Positions 12,742 through 25,879 are shown, counted from the stretch's first letter. The stretch: 64,000 bases of DNA from Octopus bimaculoides (GCF_001194135.2 NC_068986.1:97515611-97579610); one strand, 5' to 3'. The notes: a model not told the origin generated them from the letters alone. Program-made: numbers and translations.

Positions 12742-12995
12742 GGAAGTTCGTATCTTAATGGTTAGAATATTGGACTCATGATCGTAAGAATGTGGTTTCG
12801 TTTTCTGGACAAGCAAATGCATTGTGTTCTTGAGTAGAACGCTTCATTCCATGTTGCTGTAGACTCTATTCTACGCAGCTGGTCAAAATTCAGTAACCTT
12901 GTGGCGGACCGGCATCCCGATGAATGAGAAATATATACACCTCAGAAACCGGGAACCTCATGAATCTATATAACTCGGGAGGGAGCTTTATCCTA
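12742..12995 (+). mobile_element. Degenerate tRNA-derived SINE with CORE-like centre
   Basis: Head ttaatggttagaatattggactcatgatcgtaagaatgtggtttcg; centre gcattgtgttcttgagtagaacgcttcattccatgttgct, homologous to the SINE at 22910-23088. Confidence 0.6.
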
Positions 12996-13367
12996 TTCTT
13001 TAAATATGTGTTTTTATTCCGTACTTGATTCGACTTAACTCGTGTATACCATGGGACTGAGTCTTCAATGAAATTGAATCCTGTACATTGACGCCTTTTT
13101 ATTCTTTTAGGTATGTTGGTATCTTTTACTTTATTTAACTTTCGAATTTCAAACCAATGGATAAAGAACAGAAATGTTGCCTAGAAACGAAGTTCTTTCA
13201 TCGGGACTTAGACAACACCAGCAGGGTAGTTTTGTATTCATGCATCTATGTACGCTGTACACTTGTATGCAAGTACACAATTCTGTCATTGAATATCTGG
13301 ATTCTATTTACATGCTAATCATCTTGAATGTTTGAATGTTTTAAATATTCTTACAGTGTATGTTCAA

Positions 13368-13411
13368 GTATGTATGTACGTATATACATACATACATACA
13401 TACATGCATAC

Positions 13412-13477
<66 letters not shown>

Positions 13478-13495
13478 ATGTGTGTGTGTGTGTAT
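13368..13495. repeat. (TATG/TACA)n-(TA)n-(TG)n microsatellite
   Basis: Directly visible. Confidence 0.95.
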
Positions 13496-14233
13496 TGATC
13501 ACAGTAGTTTGTTTAGTACTTATTTTATCGATCGCTTTTTATCGAGTTACTTGATTCTATTTGATGTAAAGCGTTGCAACTTCACATCAAATGCCAAATT
13601 TTCAGCGACACATATATTTAATCGGTACACACACATGCAATGTACACACATACGCACACAAAGGCAAACACACACACACATACACACACACATGTTAGAA
13701 ATATTCCTGTTATGAAGAGTCCAACTGTGAAAATGAATGTAAACGAAATTTCTAATTAATTTTTTCATTTCTTTTTATTTTGCAGGCAATCTGAAATAAC
13801 TTGAGTCACTTTACAGATAAACGTGAGTAGAATGCTAATTTAACACCTCAAACATTACGTAACTAATTAATACGACAAGAAGACGTTTTAGTGATGAATA
13901 GTGTCGAGAAATTCATATAAACACAATTAGGCCAGCTCTGGCATTCACTTATGCATTAGAGCCTCTATTTATTATAACACTTTTCCATTAAACTCTTAAA
14001 CAAAATAATAATTTAATTACTAACTAGCGTACTACCTGCAAAAACTAATATGATTTACTTATCTTTTCTTTTTATTTTCTTCTGCTGTATTGATATTGTC
14101 TTGCTTAAATTATTTATATTCTTTTTGCCAAGAAACTTGATAACGTTTCTTAAATTTCTACCCATCCTTCATCTGCATTTTTCAACATGTCTTCCCCATA
14201 CTTCGTTATCATAGAATCTTTCCCTCCCGGCCT

Positions 14234-14251
14234 ATCTACCCCCTCTCTCTC

Positions 14252-14336
<85 letters not shown>

Positions 14337-14400
14337 TCACACACACAAACACACACACACATATGCATGCATATATGCGTACATATATATAAATGTATAC
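14234..14400. repeat. (CA)n microsatellite
   Basis: Directly visible. Confidence 0.95.
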
Positions 14401-14825
14401 AATATACGTGTGAATATAAATACATATATGTAATCATAATTTTCATTTATTCATGAAGTATATTCATGTTTTTCTATTACTACTTCACTAAATTGCCTCT
14501 TCTTTCTACAGCACTACCTTTTTGCTAACTCCCTATTACAACATTATTGCTTTTCCAAAAATTTCACTCTCACTGTTCCTTCCATGTTTCCCTACCTTTT
14601 AGTCTTGATTGCTTGCCTGTTTCCTTAGCAATCTTTTTTGTTGACTATTAATCTCTCTCCACACCTCCCTCTATTTCTTGCTTCTACTCATTCTCTTCAG
14701 CTAACGATTTATCTTTTTAATCTCCTCTTCATAACACCCTTTCTCTGCTCAAATCGGCTCCCATTCTGTTTTAGGATACTTGGAACTAGATTGTCAATTT
14801 CATCTAAACGATTGGTAATAAGATG

Positions 14826-15008
14826 CATGTGTGTATGTATGTATGTATGTATGTGTGTATGTATGTATGTGTGTATGTATGTATGTGTGTATGTATGTAT
14901 GTATGTATGTATGTATGTATCTACATGTGTGTGCCTGTGTGTGCATAGATATGCGTGTATGTATGCCTGAATATGTATGTATGCATGAATGTATATGTGC
15001 ATGTGTGA

Positions 15009-15043
<35 letters not shown>

Positions 15044-15105
15044 TGTATGTATGTATGTATGTATCTATCTATCTATCTATCTATATATATATATATATGT
15101 ATATA
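14826..15105. repeat. (TATG)n/(TATC)n/(TA)n compound microsatellite
   Basis: Directly visible. Confidence 0.95.
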
Positions 15106-15106
15106 T

Positions 15107-15870
15107 TAATAAAAGAAGAGTCAAAATACCGCTTGCCAAAGATGAAAGCGAAAGAATCACAAACCACCAATACAAACACGAGCAATCCAATGAACATCCT
15201 ACAAAATAGGCCTACCTTCAGGATGGAATTTGAAGATAGTTTACATACCCCAATATCAATTGATTTCATGCTGTGCATGAGAAAACATGCTTTGCAATCA
15301 TCAGTTGGAGATAGTAACATCTATTTCTAAAATATTCATTACGTCAACACGTGTGCGTTTCTAACTTTAAACGTCCCGCTCCGTTTAAAGCAAAAACTAT
15401 CGTAAAGGATAAGAAAGCAAATATATGAAAGCATTATTACTGTTAAAAACAGTAATACTGAGACTGCTAGCTGGACTTCTACATAAGCAGGTATAATATG
15501 AAATATTTGAATAAAAGAAGGGCAAAAACCACCAGTACTACGATGAATATGCACACATGCACCAATACTACGGTAAATACATACACATGCAGAGCATGAA
15601 ATCAATTGATATTGGGATATGTAAACTATCTTCAAATTCCTTTCTGAAGGTAGGCCTATTTTGTAGGATGATCATTGCATTGCTCGTGTGTGTATTTAGC
15701 GTAGCGTTGGTGTTTTGTTGAAGCTTTCGCTTTCATCGTTGGCAAGCGGTATTTTTACCCTACTTTTATTCAAATATTCCATATTATACCTGCTTAGGTA
15801 GAAGTATTGTTAGCCAGCTAATTATTACTGTTTTTAATAGTTATAATGCTTTTATATATTTACTTTATAT
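15107..15870. repeat. Long inverted-repeat (fold-back or MITE-like) structure made of three partial copies of one unit
   Basis: 15113-15278 matches the reverse complement of 15585-15767; 15410-15530 matches the reverse complement of 15750-15870. Confidence 0.8.
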
Positions 15871-15873
15871 ACA

Positions 15874-15908
<35 letters not shown>

Positions 15909-16389
15909 NNNNNNNNNNNNNNNNNNNNNNNNNNNNNNNNNNNNNNNNNNNNNNNNNNNNNNNNNNNNNNNNNNNNNNNNNNNNNNNNNNNNNNNNNNNN
16001 NNNNNNNNNNNNNNNNNNNNNNNNNNNNNNNNNNNNNNNNNNNNNNNNNNNNNNNNNNNNNNNNNNNNNNNNNNNNNNNNNNNNNNNNNNNNNNNNNNNN
16101 NNNNNNNNNNNNNNNNNNNNNNNNNNNNNNNNNNNNNNNNNNNNNNNNNNNNNNNNNNNNNNNNNNNNNNNNNNNNNNNNNNNNNNNNNNNNNNNNNNNN
16201 NNNNNNNNNNNNNNNNNNNNNNNNNNNNNNNNNNNNNNNNNNNNNNNNNNNNNNNNNNNNNNNNNNNNNNNNNNNNNNNNNNNNNNNNNNNNNNNNNNNN
16301 NNNNNNNNNNNNNNNNNNNNNNNNNNNNNNNNNNNNNNNNNNNCACACACACGCACACACACATACACACACACACACATATACACACA

Positions 16390-16430
<41 letters not shown>

Positions 16431-17020
16431 CAATATTAAATCTATGAGCGAGAAGTAAACGGTAGCAGCACGGAATTGTGAAATATATTTGCCAACTAGT
16501 TGTGACGGTCCCATAGAAGACGATGCTACTGTTGTTTTTTTAGCCCCAGGAAGATATCTACTATGTTATGATGGAAATGTGATTTGGTTCGGATATATTA
16601 CCAATGATGGCATGGCCTATCACCCGGGGCAGCCGTGAGAGATCTTCGGAATCTGACGCAGTAAGTCAATCGTTTTGTGCACAATCAATCTATTTGAAAA
16701 GGTGACCATAATATTTTCAAGATAAGTGAAGCAATTGGCTCATTCCATGCCGGAAACAAAATTAGTCAGAAAAATCATTTCGATGTCGCTGTTTATTAAA
16801 GTCAGGCTGGGTCTTTCCGCAAAGCTGTCTAGATCACATTAAGACGACATTCGGTGTATAAAAACTCGGGAGGACAGCTTTCATTAACATCTGTGTACTA
16901 GTGGGTGAAAGGTTATATAAAATTGTATGAACTTAGATAAAGTTCTTCAAACTAAAAAAACAAAAATTATATATTTCTATATCTTTATATATATAATTTT
17001 ATTATAATAAGTTATTGTAA

Positions 17021-17225
17021 GACGGTGACCTGGTAGAATTGTTGCCGCGCTGGACAAAATGTTTATCATCATGTCTTCTGACTTTACATTCTGAGTCAAA
17101 GGTCACGGAAATCGACTTTGCTTTTCATCTGTATGAGATGTTAAAATAAATACCAGTTCATCATTGGTGTCGATGTAATCAACCACTCCAAACCTCAAAA
17201 TTATTGACCGTGTGCACAAATAAGA
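17021..17225 (+). mobile_element. Degenerate GGCGG-headed SINE
   Basis: gacggtgacctggtagaattgtt...atcgactttgcttttcatc...taccagtt aligns to the copy at 25880. Confidence 0.65.
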
Positions 17226-17446
17226 ACGGAGTATAAGCTATTATTAGAGCCTTAGGAAGATGTCCTCCAGTATTTTGGTGAATCACTTTACCTACTAACT
17301 TAAAATCAAAAGGGACACTACTCTGTCGCTCATCGTTCTGTGGATGATAAAATAAATACTGAAGTCCGCGTAATCGATTATACCATATTAATTAATGTTG
17401 GAGCCTTGCATGAGATATCAATAATTAATATTAAATATAAGGCAAA

Positions 17447-17655
17447 GGCGGCGGGGGTGACAAAATCGTTAGGATGCCGAGCAAAATACTTAGCGACATT
17501 TCGTCCGTCTTCACGTCCTGAGATCAAATTCCGACTAGATCGACTTTGCCATTCATCTTTTTGGGGTCGATAGAATAAGTTCTAGTTGAAAAATAGTGGT
17601 GATATAATCGAATTACCCCCACCCCAAAATTGGTGGCTTTGTGCCAACATTTGTA
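17447..17655 (+). mobile_element. GGCGG-headed SINE
   Basis: caaattccg..gatcgactttgccattcatctttttggggtcgatagaataagt central domain. Confidence 0.8.
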
Positions 17656-17664
17656 ATCAATTAT

Positions 17665-17815
17665 TTTCTACTCTAGGCATAAGATCCGAAATTTTGGGGG
17701 AGGGGACCCCAGTCCGCAACTGGTACTTAATTTATCGACCCCGAAAGGATGAAAGGCAAAGTCGACCTCGGCGGAATTTGAACGTAGAACGTGAAGACAG
17801 ACGAAACAGACAATA
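17665..17815 (-). mobile_element. GGCGG-headed SINE, 5'-truncated
   Basis: Plus strand shows ctggtacttaatttatcgaccccgaaaggatgaaaggcaaagtcgacctcggcggaatttgaac, the reverse complement of the central domain. Confidence 0.88.
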
Positions 17816-18154
17816 GAACAAATACGATGGTACAAGTATGTCTCTGCGTTTAAGCAGTTTGTTTTGCTTTGTAGGAGTGCTTTCTACCATATCTTTAGTT
17901 TAAGCAGTATCTTGTCAGTAAAACGTAGTAGACAGAAACGTTGTCGAAAACCCTGTATTATGAAGAAATCTTAGTCAACTCAAAGATGACCATTCAGTTG
18001 TTGGACCAATTGAATTCCTAATTGGGAAGTTAACGCATAATTGGCTGCGTATTCTACATGTAACTTTAGCGCAGTTCTCAAGCCGAATGAGCGTGACATA
18101 ATACGAGAAACCTGGGTCTTTGAATTATTGACTCAATCTACAGGGAAAGAGTGA

Positions 18155-18320
18155 GTCAGTGAGTCAGTGAGAGAGAGAGAGAGAGAGAGAAAGAGACAGA
18201 GATAGAGACAAAGGCAGAGAGCGCAAGAGGGAGAAGCAGACAATACAGGGAGAGACTAAATTTGACAGAGGGAGAGAGAGAGAGAAAGAGGCAGACAGAG
18301 ACAGAGGGAAGTGCTAAAGA
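18155..18320. repeat. (GA)n-rich low-complexity tract
   Basis: Directly visible. Confidence 0.9.
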
Positions 18321-19397
18321 GAGTGATAATTTAGATACAAATCCGGAAAAGAAAAAATCGGAGTTGACCTCAATGTTATTTGAACGCGGAACGCGGACAA
18401 CCGCACAGTAAGGCATTTTTAACTAATGCTCTGACAATTATTGTAGATTCGTCGCCTTCTCTTGTATATACAGGACGCACACGTCATAATCCATTTAATG
18501 TGTTAATCATTTTAACAGATCAGGAAATAGAAGTAAAATGTCAACCATTTAAACCAATATAATGTGGGTTCTTATTCTAACATCTAAAATATCACCTTCC
18601 TCATTTCTCGGGGAATTGGGACTCGAAACTGAAAGTGCTGAAATATCGAAAAATGCAAGAGAAATGTTACGTGATTACATTTGTTCTGTTGTACCAAAAT
18701 AATGCAATTACGGCGATTAACCAATCTATATTCAGGAAAACATTATTCATTTGACTACAAAATGGATAATTCAGAATCCATTTGAACAATTGTAAATGCT
18801 CTTTTTAACCTTCATAAAACTGATTACATTATCGTCATTTAGTGCAGCCGTAATCCATATTAAAATAATATTTGGCTTATACGTCGTTTGGGAATGTCAC
18901 AAGCTTTACTTACAAAGTGAAAATTCTCTTCGGTGGTTACCTCTGAATAGTGCACATTTAAAATGTTTCCATAATGTTCTATTTCCTCTGTTATCGGAGT
19001 GATTGTAGATCAGTCTCTGGAGCACCATGTAAAGTTTTACATCTACAAATTTCTTAAAGAGGTTACTTAGTAGCGTTTTTATGAAAGGAGTTTTGCATGC
19101 GCCACGTTGTTTATGGATAATACTTGTAGATAATGCATATTCACATTTAACATTATGATTTCAGTGTCTGACGTGTGTTATCTAAATTCGTTATCAAAGT
19201 TAGTTATGGATATATGGATATCTAAAACAGATGGAATATAAGCAAACATTATATATACTAAATATATTTATATATTTCATATTCTTTTTTTTTGTGATTG
19301 TTTAAAATGATTAGCGTACTAGAAAAAATTAGGTTCTGGTTAACGTTATATATGTGTACAAGCACATATATGTCTGTGTCTGAGTGTATGTGTGCGT

Positions 19398-19437
<40 letters not shown>

Positions 19438-19883
19438 TCGATACAACACACTTGATGTATATTTTGTTTGAACGTTTTCAGCCTGCGGTATCTCATTCAA
19501 AGGAGGTCCCTTTAAAGACGCAGAATATTTAAAATGCACTGTATACCACAAAACAAGGTGAAAGGGGTTGACTGTAGATGAACGAGAATTGTAGATATCG
19601 ATATTTTGTTCTTATTTCTACTCATTGGTCTATTCGAGTAAACCTGGAAACGATTTCAAATCGTTTTGTCTGAATTAAATATAAATAGCAGAAAATGTAT
19701 CTCCTGATGTGTAACAGCGCCGCACAAGTAAAATCAAGATAAACTTTTGAGTTAGAAACAACTCTAATAATGTCAAAATTATTGATTTGACATAGTTAAT
19801 GTATGAGCTATTATTTTATCTCACCGCTGGTAAACATGAGCTATAATAATAGCAAAATATCGCTATCTGCCATTCTCACTCAC

Positions 19884-19964
19884 CTACGGGTTGATTTCTT
19901 TTGCGTGGTCTTGAAATATTCAGTGTTTATTTCTCTTACACTGTAAGTCTCAAAGGCACTTTTC
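19884..19964 (-). other. Candidate 81-nt coding exon (phase 2-2) of an unidentified gene
   Basis: Acceptor gtgtttcgttcag, donor TAG|gtgagt; length is a multiple of 3; only one frame open (KSAFETYSVREINTEYFKTTQKKSTR); no homology recognised. Confidence 0.25.
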
Positions 19965-20289
19965 CTGAACGAAACACCGATGCCTGATAGCGTTTAGACA
20001 AAATATCAATAATGTTCACATTATTAGAGCTGTTCCTCCAAATCAAAATTTTATTTTGCTTTGCTTGTGTGGCGCTGTTCCACGCCACCAGATACATTTT
20101 GTTATTTGTATACAAGTCTTGATATTTGTATATAAGTCAGACCGGTGATGTCAATTATTTCGAGCTGAGTTGTGTACACGGCATCGGTATACTGAAATAA
20201 CACCGAAATACCGATATCTACCGTTCTTGTTCATTCGTGTGGCAACTCGTTCGCCTGCTTTTGAGGTATTGTCGTCGTTCACATTGACT

Positions 20290-21445
20290 GGTCTTGTTCA
20301 GTAATCATGTCTGGCAAGCTCGCATGTGGTTCGCAAGACTTGGCCTTGACCTGCAGCAGCGATGATATCTACTACAGGTGAAACTACTTGATGTAACGGC
20401 GAAGTGACTCCTCTCATGTGTTCTTTAGTATTCTCTATTGTTTCTCCTCGATGACTGGAGTTACGAGCTTCAGCGATTGGTGCCATTCATTGCGCTGCAA
20501 GGTCTTCTCCACCCAGGTATCTGGGGAGATGCTGGAGTTCTTCATATTTCTGTTTAGCACATCCATATTTCGAAAACTCTGGGCACTACAGACCCGCCTG
20601 CCCTGGCACAGTTACCCTTCCAAAACTACCTTTAGGAGCCGACTCCATCCTGGTTACAAGTCCCTTTCAGTGCAGCTGCGATTAGATAATGAGTACCTCG
20701 ACACTAACTGCGCCAGCACCGTTCAGGATCTCTGTAACAACAATGCGTAGCTGCACACTTAAATGCAAGATGGAGCGCAGATTAGGAAGTTGATGTGCCT
20801 GCGGTAGAAGGCCATCATTCTGTGGCGTAGAGAAGGCGAAGTAGCAGTGCCGTACTGTACACCTTTATCTTCGTATTGCGTGCAATGTTACGGTAGCTCT
20901 GAAAACGCTCTCTCAGTCTTTTAGGATATCTTGCTGGAAGCTGGCAGAATAGCTCAATTTTCGAAGCGTTGATCTCAAAATCCAACATGTCTACTGCACA
21001 AGAAAAGCGGTCCACAATGATTTATACCAATATTATGTAGATTCGGCTCCCTGATAAACGTTTCTCTGATTTAGGTATAGGCACGAAAATAGGCCAAGTG
21101 GAAAAGTTTCCCATCTGTTCTGGTGCAGATGAAAACTTCCATGTGCATATTTGACCCAGCAATGGCCAACAGAGAAATGCCCCGGTGATTATCACATTTT
21201 TCTCGATACCCTTCTTTTTGTAAATGGCACCTATTAGGGAGTCCTTGAAGCCCTGGTGTACATACTTATTTGAAAGACAAGTCTTTATAGGGTCTCAACA
21301 GCTCATTACGGAAGTTTTGCTCACCTGTTTTGAGCATGTCTGAGAGGATACCATGCAAGCCTGGTGTTTTTCGAACTTGTCGTTGCTTTCAAGGCTTTCT
21401 CCAGCTCCTTCATGGTGACCTTCTAGGTGACCTTCTAGGTGAGGT
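20290..21445 (-). mobile_element. RTE-clade LINE, internally deleted RT to C-terminus
   Basis: Minus-strand fragments MKELEKALK..KTPG, YKKKG..CDNHRGISLLAIAG and EINA..RLRERF..RNIARNTKIKVY..LLYATE, then a decayed C-terminal region; stops and frameshifts. Confidence 0.85.
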
Positions 21446-21577
21446 CATTTCTTATACAGCGTTTTTTAAAACTCTACGTTTTAACGAACTTCCCCTACAT
21501 CAAATACCGTAGACTGAAAGCGTTTAAACAAAACATGCATCAAATCGTATCGCGCTCTTTTCATTGCCTATAATCAT

Positions 21578-21578
<1 letters not shown>

Positions 21579-21640
<62 letters not shown>
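21579..21640. repeat. (CTA)n microsatellite
   Basis: Directly visible. Confidence 0.97.
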
Positions 21641-22909
21641 CTTTGTTTAAGCTCCTTATACCGGGAACGCCGGGGAAATCAACCTCGGGCATAACAGTTT
21701 CAGGCGAACCATTACAGGCATGACCGGTAGAGTAATATCTAATAGGGTGAGTTTGGGATACGCTATTCTATGAATCAATGCTGTTATTACTAAAGAAAAA
21801 AATAGTAATGTTATTACGTTTAATTGCAGCGATATTATCTGCCAGATTATGCGTGGCAGAGTTTCACAAGATGCTTATTAAAGATTTTCCTATATTTACT
21901 AGGTTGAAAATTGCGTTCCAATGCATGGAAAAATTATTTTGCCAGTTGCGTAATTACATTTATTGATCTAAGGGGGTTACACCACAATACTTCACCATTA
22001 CATAACAGATTTTAATTTTCTCTCCCACTAAATCCTCTCTCTTTCTCTCTGCCTGTCTCTCTCTCTCTCTCTCTCTCTCTATCACACACACACACAGATA
22101 TATATAAAAGATTGAAGTACCTATTCAGACACAAATTTCTGCAAGCATTCTGACATTTATTGTTTTCTAATTACCTTATATTCCTTGATCGACTATATTT
22201 ATTTCATGTAGTAAGAACTAGTTGTAACTAAGAGATTAGTAATAAGGGTTCCAACACTAATGCAAATACACAAGCAAAGAATATTGAAAAACTATGTATT
22301 GTGTTAAACGTATTGGACGAAAGAGAAACTGAAAGAATGCAAACGGACAATAGCAATGAAAGCAATGAAATTAACAAACGAAATGGTGAAAAATACGGAG
22401 CCAAGATCTTAATCATTTGAATGATATTTTTTGAAGTGAATACAAGTTAAATTAAAGTTGCATTTTATTAAATTTCACTTCAAAGTTATCCTGAGGACCA
22501 TTTTATGTAAGTATACGTATAACTGCATGTGTGTGTATATACATATATATATAGGTTGCAAGTGAGAGATGGGGAGAGGTACAATTATGTGATCAACATA
22601 CATAGGTGAACCTTTTACTGTTTTGGTGAGCATTTCGAAATTAATAATTGCTTAATATTCGTAAAAATACTGTATCACTCTCAGAGGTGTATGTCACCAT
22701 GTGAATACGCCACTTTGAACTACCTCTCAGATTAAGCCATCTACATAACAATTCGATTGAACCACCGCTAATAAACATAGAGGGGAAATACCTTATTTCA
22801 ATGCCGGTATTTATTTCATCATGAGCAGATATTAATGAACACTACTCGTTCTCATTTTCTTTGACTTTTAATCAGTTAAACCACTGTAGTAAGAGTGCAT
22901 AATGAGTCA

Positions 22910-23088
22910 ACACGCAGAATGTGACAAGGCTGGCCCCTTTTGAATTGAAGGTACCACTTACTTTGGCCAGCTGAGTGAACTGGAGCAACGTGAAATAAAG
23001 TGTCTTGCTCAAGAACACAACGCGTCGCTGGGAATTGAACCTCCCGATCGTATGCCGAAGCCCTGACCACTGACCCGCGCACCTTCAC
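22910..23088 (-). mobile_element. tRNA-derived SINE with CORE-like centre
   Basis: Reverse complement: gtgaaggtgcgcgggtcagtggtcagggc..ggttcaattccc..tgtgttcttgagcaagacactttatttcacgttgctccagttcactcagctgg. Confidence 0.8.
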
Positions 23089-23482
23089 GTATANNNNNNN
23101 NNNNNNNNNNNNNNNNNNNNNNNNNNNNNNNNNNNNNNNNNNNNNNNNNNNNNNNNNNNNNNNNNNNNNNNNNNNNNNNNNNNNNNNNNNNNNNNNNNNN
23201 NNNNNNNNNNNNNNNNNNNNNNNNNNNNNNNNNNNNNNNNNNNNNNNNNNNNNNNNNNNNNNNNNNNNNNNNNNNNNNNNNNNNNNNNNNNNNNNNNNNN
23301 NNNNNNNNNNNNNNNNNNNNNNNNNNNNNNNNNNNNNNNNNNNNNNNNNNNNNNNNNNNNNNNNNNNNNNNNNNNNNNNNNNNNNNNNNNNNNNNNNNNN
23401 NNNNNNNNNNNNNNNNNNNNNNNNNNNNNNNNNNNNNNNNNNNNNNNNNNNNNNNNNNNNNNNNNNNNNNNNNNNNNNNNNN

Positions 23483-23534
<52 letters not shown>

Positions 23535-25879
23535 GGGTGTCTGTGTGTTTGTGTGTGCTTGCTTTTAATTTGTTTTCATCTTTTTTGTAATTTCTGCACG
23601 TTGTTTTAGTTTACATTGTTGCTTTGTTTGTTGTCCACAGGTTAATACATATTCTTTCCTACATCCGATATTCTCCATCAACTCCTGGTGCTTCTTCAAA
23701 CACTCACTACTTCCAATATATCTATTGAACACTACTCTTACTAGGCTGTCCATCTTTCTCTCACGAAACTATTCGTTTGAAACATTAAACCTACCCCACT
23801 TCCACATATATGTAATTTTACGAATCTCAAAGCGATGTGATTTTGACATATGTACAAATGCACAAGTGTTAAATCATATTGATTTCTATGATCTGTGTTC
23901 ATTATTCTGGCTTCATAAGCACAGCTTCGCTTGTAGTTCTGTTCTATATGCTGTATCACATTTATAATGATGGCTGTCTTTTCTTTCTTCATGTTACTTT
24001 CGTCATCCTAATTTCACACTGCTTTGGACTCACGGATAATGAGCTAAAGATGGTGCATACGAGCTCCATCGGCTTGCAAAAATAGTAACCAATTCTGTCT
24101 AAAATGATACGCAACTGCTTTTAAAATGGAGGATCTTATATAATGCACACCTAGATATGTTTTTTAAATATAAATTGGTATGGCGAGAGTCGAATGACTT
24201 TGATGAATATGTACTTGGTGAGAACAGACCCGCTGTTAAGATACAAAAATAAGAACAATATTGAAGAAACTCTTTCAGTCAAATCTTCTTTAATTCGCCT
24301 CAAACGTTCGCATGAAGAAAAGACATATTTGATGTGTAATTCAAAATATCTGAAAATAAGAAACAGGATGGCCTAGAGGGAATATATTTGATTCTACTCG
24401 ATTAAGGGTCAAATTGGGACTGAGCAACATATAGGAACATGATATATAATGTACATCTATCTGTGTTAGTGCATAGCCTGTTATAGTAGAGATGGTGTAA
24501 TTTTGGTTATAGTTCAATTCAATGAAATCTGGTTTTGTTAAACAATAATAAAAGACGACAACGACAACAACAACAACAACAGCAACAATGTCGCACTTGT
24601 ACGAGACAGAATATCTAACAGAGGACTACAGCGTCTATTTCAGTCCCAAATAAATGTTGAAATAGCGTATATTTTTGGCGCAGCGATGTGCTTCAAGTGT
24701 ACTAAATAGCAATGATTCACTAAGATGCATTGTTAGCCATCTTTCATACATACATACATACATACATACATACACGTGTACGCAAGCGTGCGTAATTCTG
24801 TGTATGTATGTATTGTTGTCATTTAGCTGCAGTTAGGTTCGATATCCTTGCAGTCTGTTATTTTTGTTTGTTTTTGTTTTTATTCTTACTCGTTGGAACA
24901 TTAAAGAATAAAATAATAAAAGTAGGTGCTTTTTTCATGTAAATTGACAAAAAGAACATTGCTTCAAAGTTAGAAATTTAGATAAGACTATAAAAGGCTA
25001 TAAGCTTACAATATTTCATAAATCGTTTGAGTATAAAACATGAGCTTTATATTTTGTTATCAATGTTTTCACTATTGGGACGCATGCGTGATGAACAGTT
25101 ATCAGTTTCTTCTATGCATTAGAAATATTTTTAGTGTTAATTTTTACATTTAATGTCACTCATTAAAAACTTTAATTCACATAAATATATGACTGAAAGT
25201 TGATTCAAATTATTATATTACTGTACGATATCTTTCCCGTAAGGAATTTTTCCCTTATAGAAAGCTAAAGCATTTCAACCAGCAGTTCTTTGCATAATGT
25301 CAGCGCATGGTCAGTGCATATAGAAGCTGATTCTTTTTCAGGACATTTAAAAACTAACATCAGTTACAATTTCCATGATAAGATTTTGAATCCAATCACA
25401 TTATTCTATGATCAATAGTAGAAAACAAAAACCCAACTTCTCTTCTAGATTTGTCAACTTAACTGTGATGTGAGTCAATTTTTAAGTGACGTTTCATTAC
25501 TGAAAGACACATTCAATGTTGCCATTTCTAGATTTCGTTTGGAAATTTCTTTCAGAATTGCTATTAGTTTAACTATCGATTTGATGATATGTAATTTTTA
25601 TTTTATTTTACATACTTTAATTTTATTGTGCACACGTTAGGCTATTTAGAAGACGATATGCATTTGTGAAATATTCCAGGTTAGAAATCCATAATTCCTA
25701 TTCAAGTTGTCTATCGTAGTGTGTCTCCTTTACTTTCTCAAAGGAAAAAAAAATGGAAGAAGCTTTCTTGTAATTGGTTCATACGGTAGAACACTTTCTC
25801 TCCTGACAGCTACCCTTCTTTGATGTTTTAACGTAAGGGTTTCTTATTCAAACTTATCTGACTTCAGCCGTGCTTCTAA

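Noticed and set aside
16544-16660. Plus-strand exon-like segment with gtaagt donor
   Set aside because: Stops in all frames, and the acceptor overlaps ttagccccagg, a word I recall from common octopus repeats
21407-21443. Short tandem duplication (ggtgaccttcta)x2
   Set aside because: Ordinary slippage at the edge of a dead RTE
22232-22420. 63-codon plus-strand open frame without a start
   Set aside because: No usable acceptor or donor; low-complexity Asn/Glu-rich sequence
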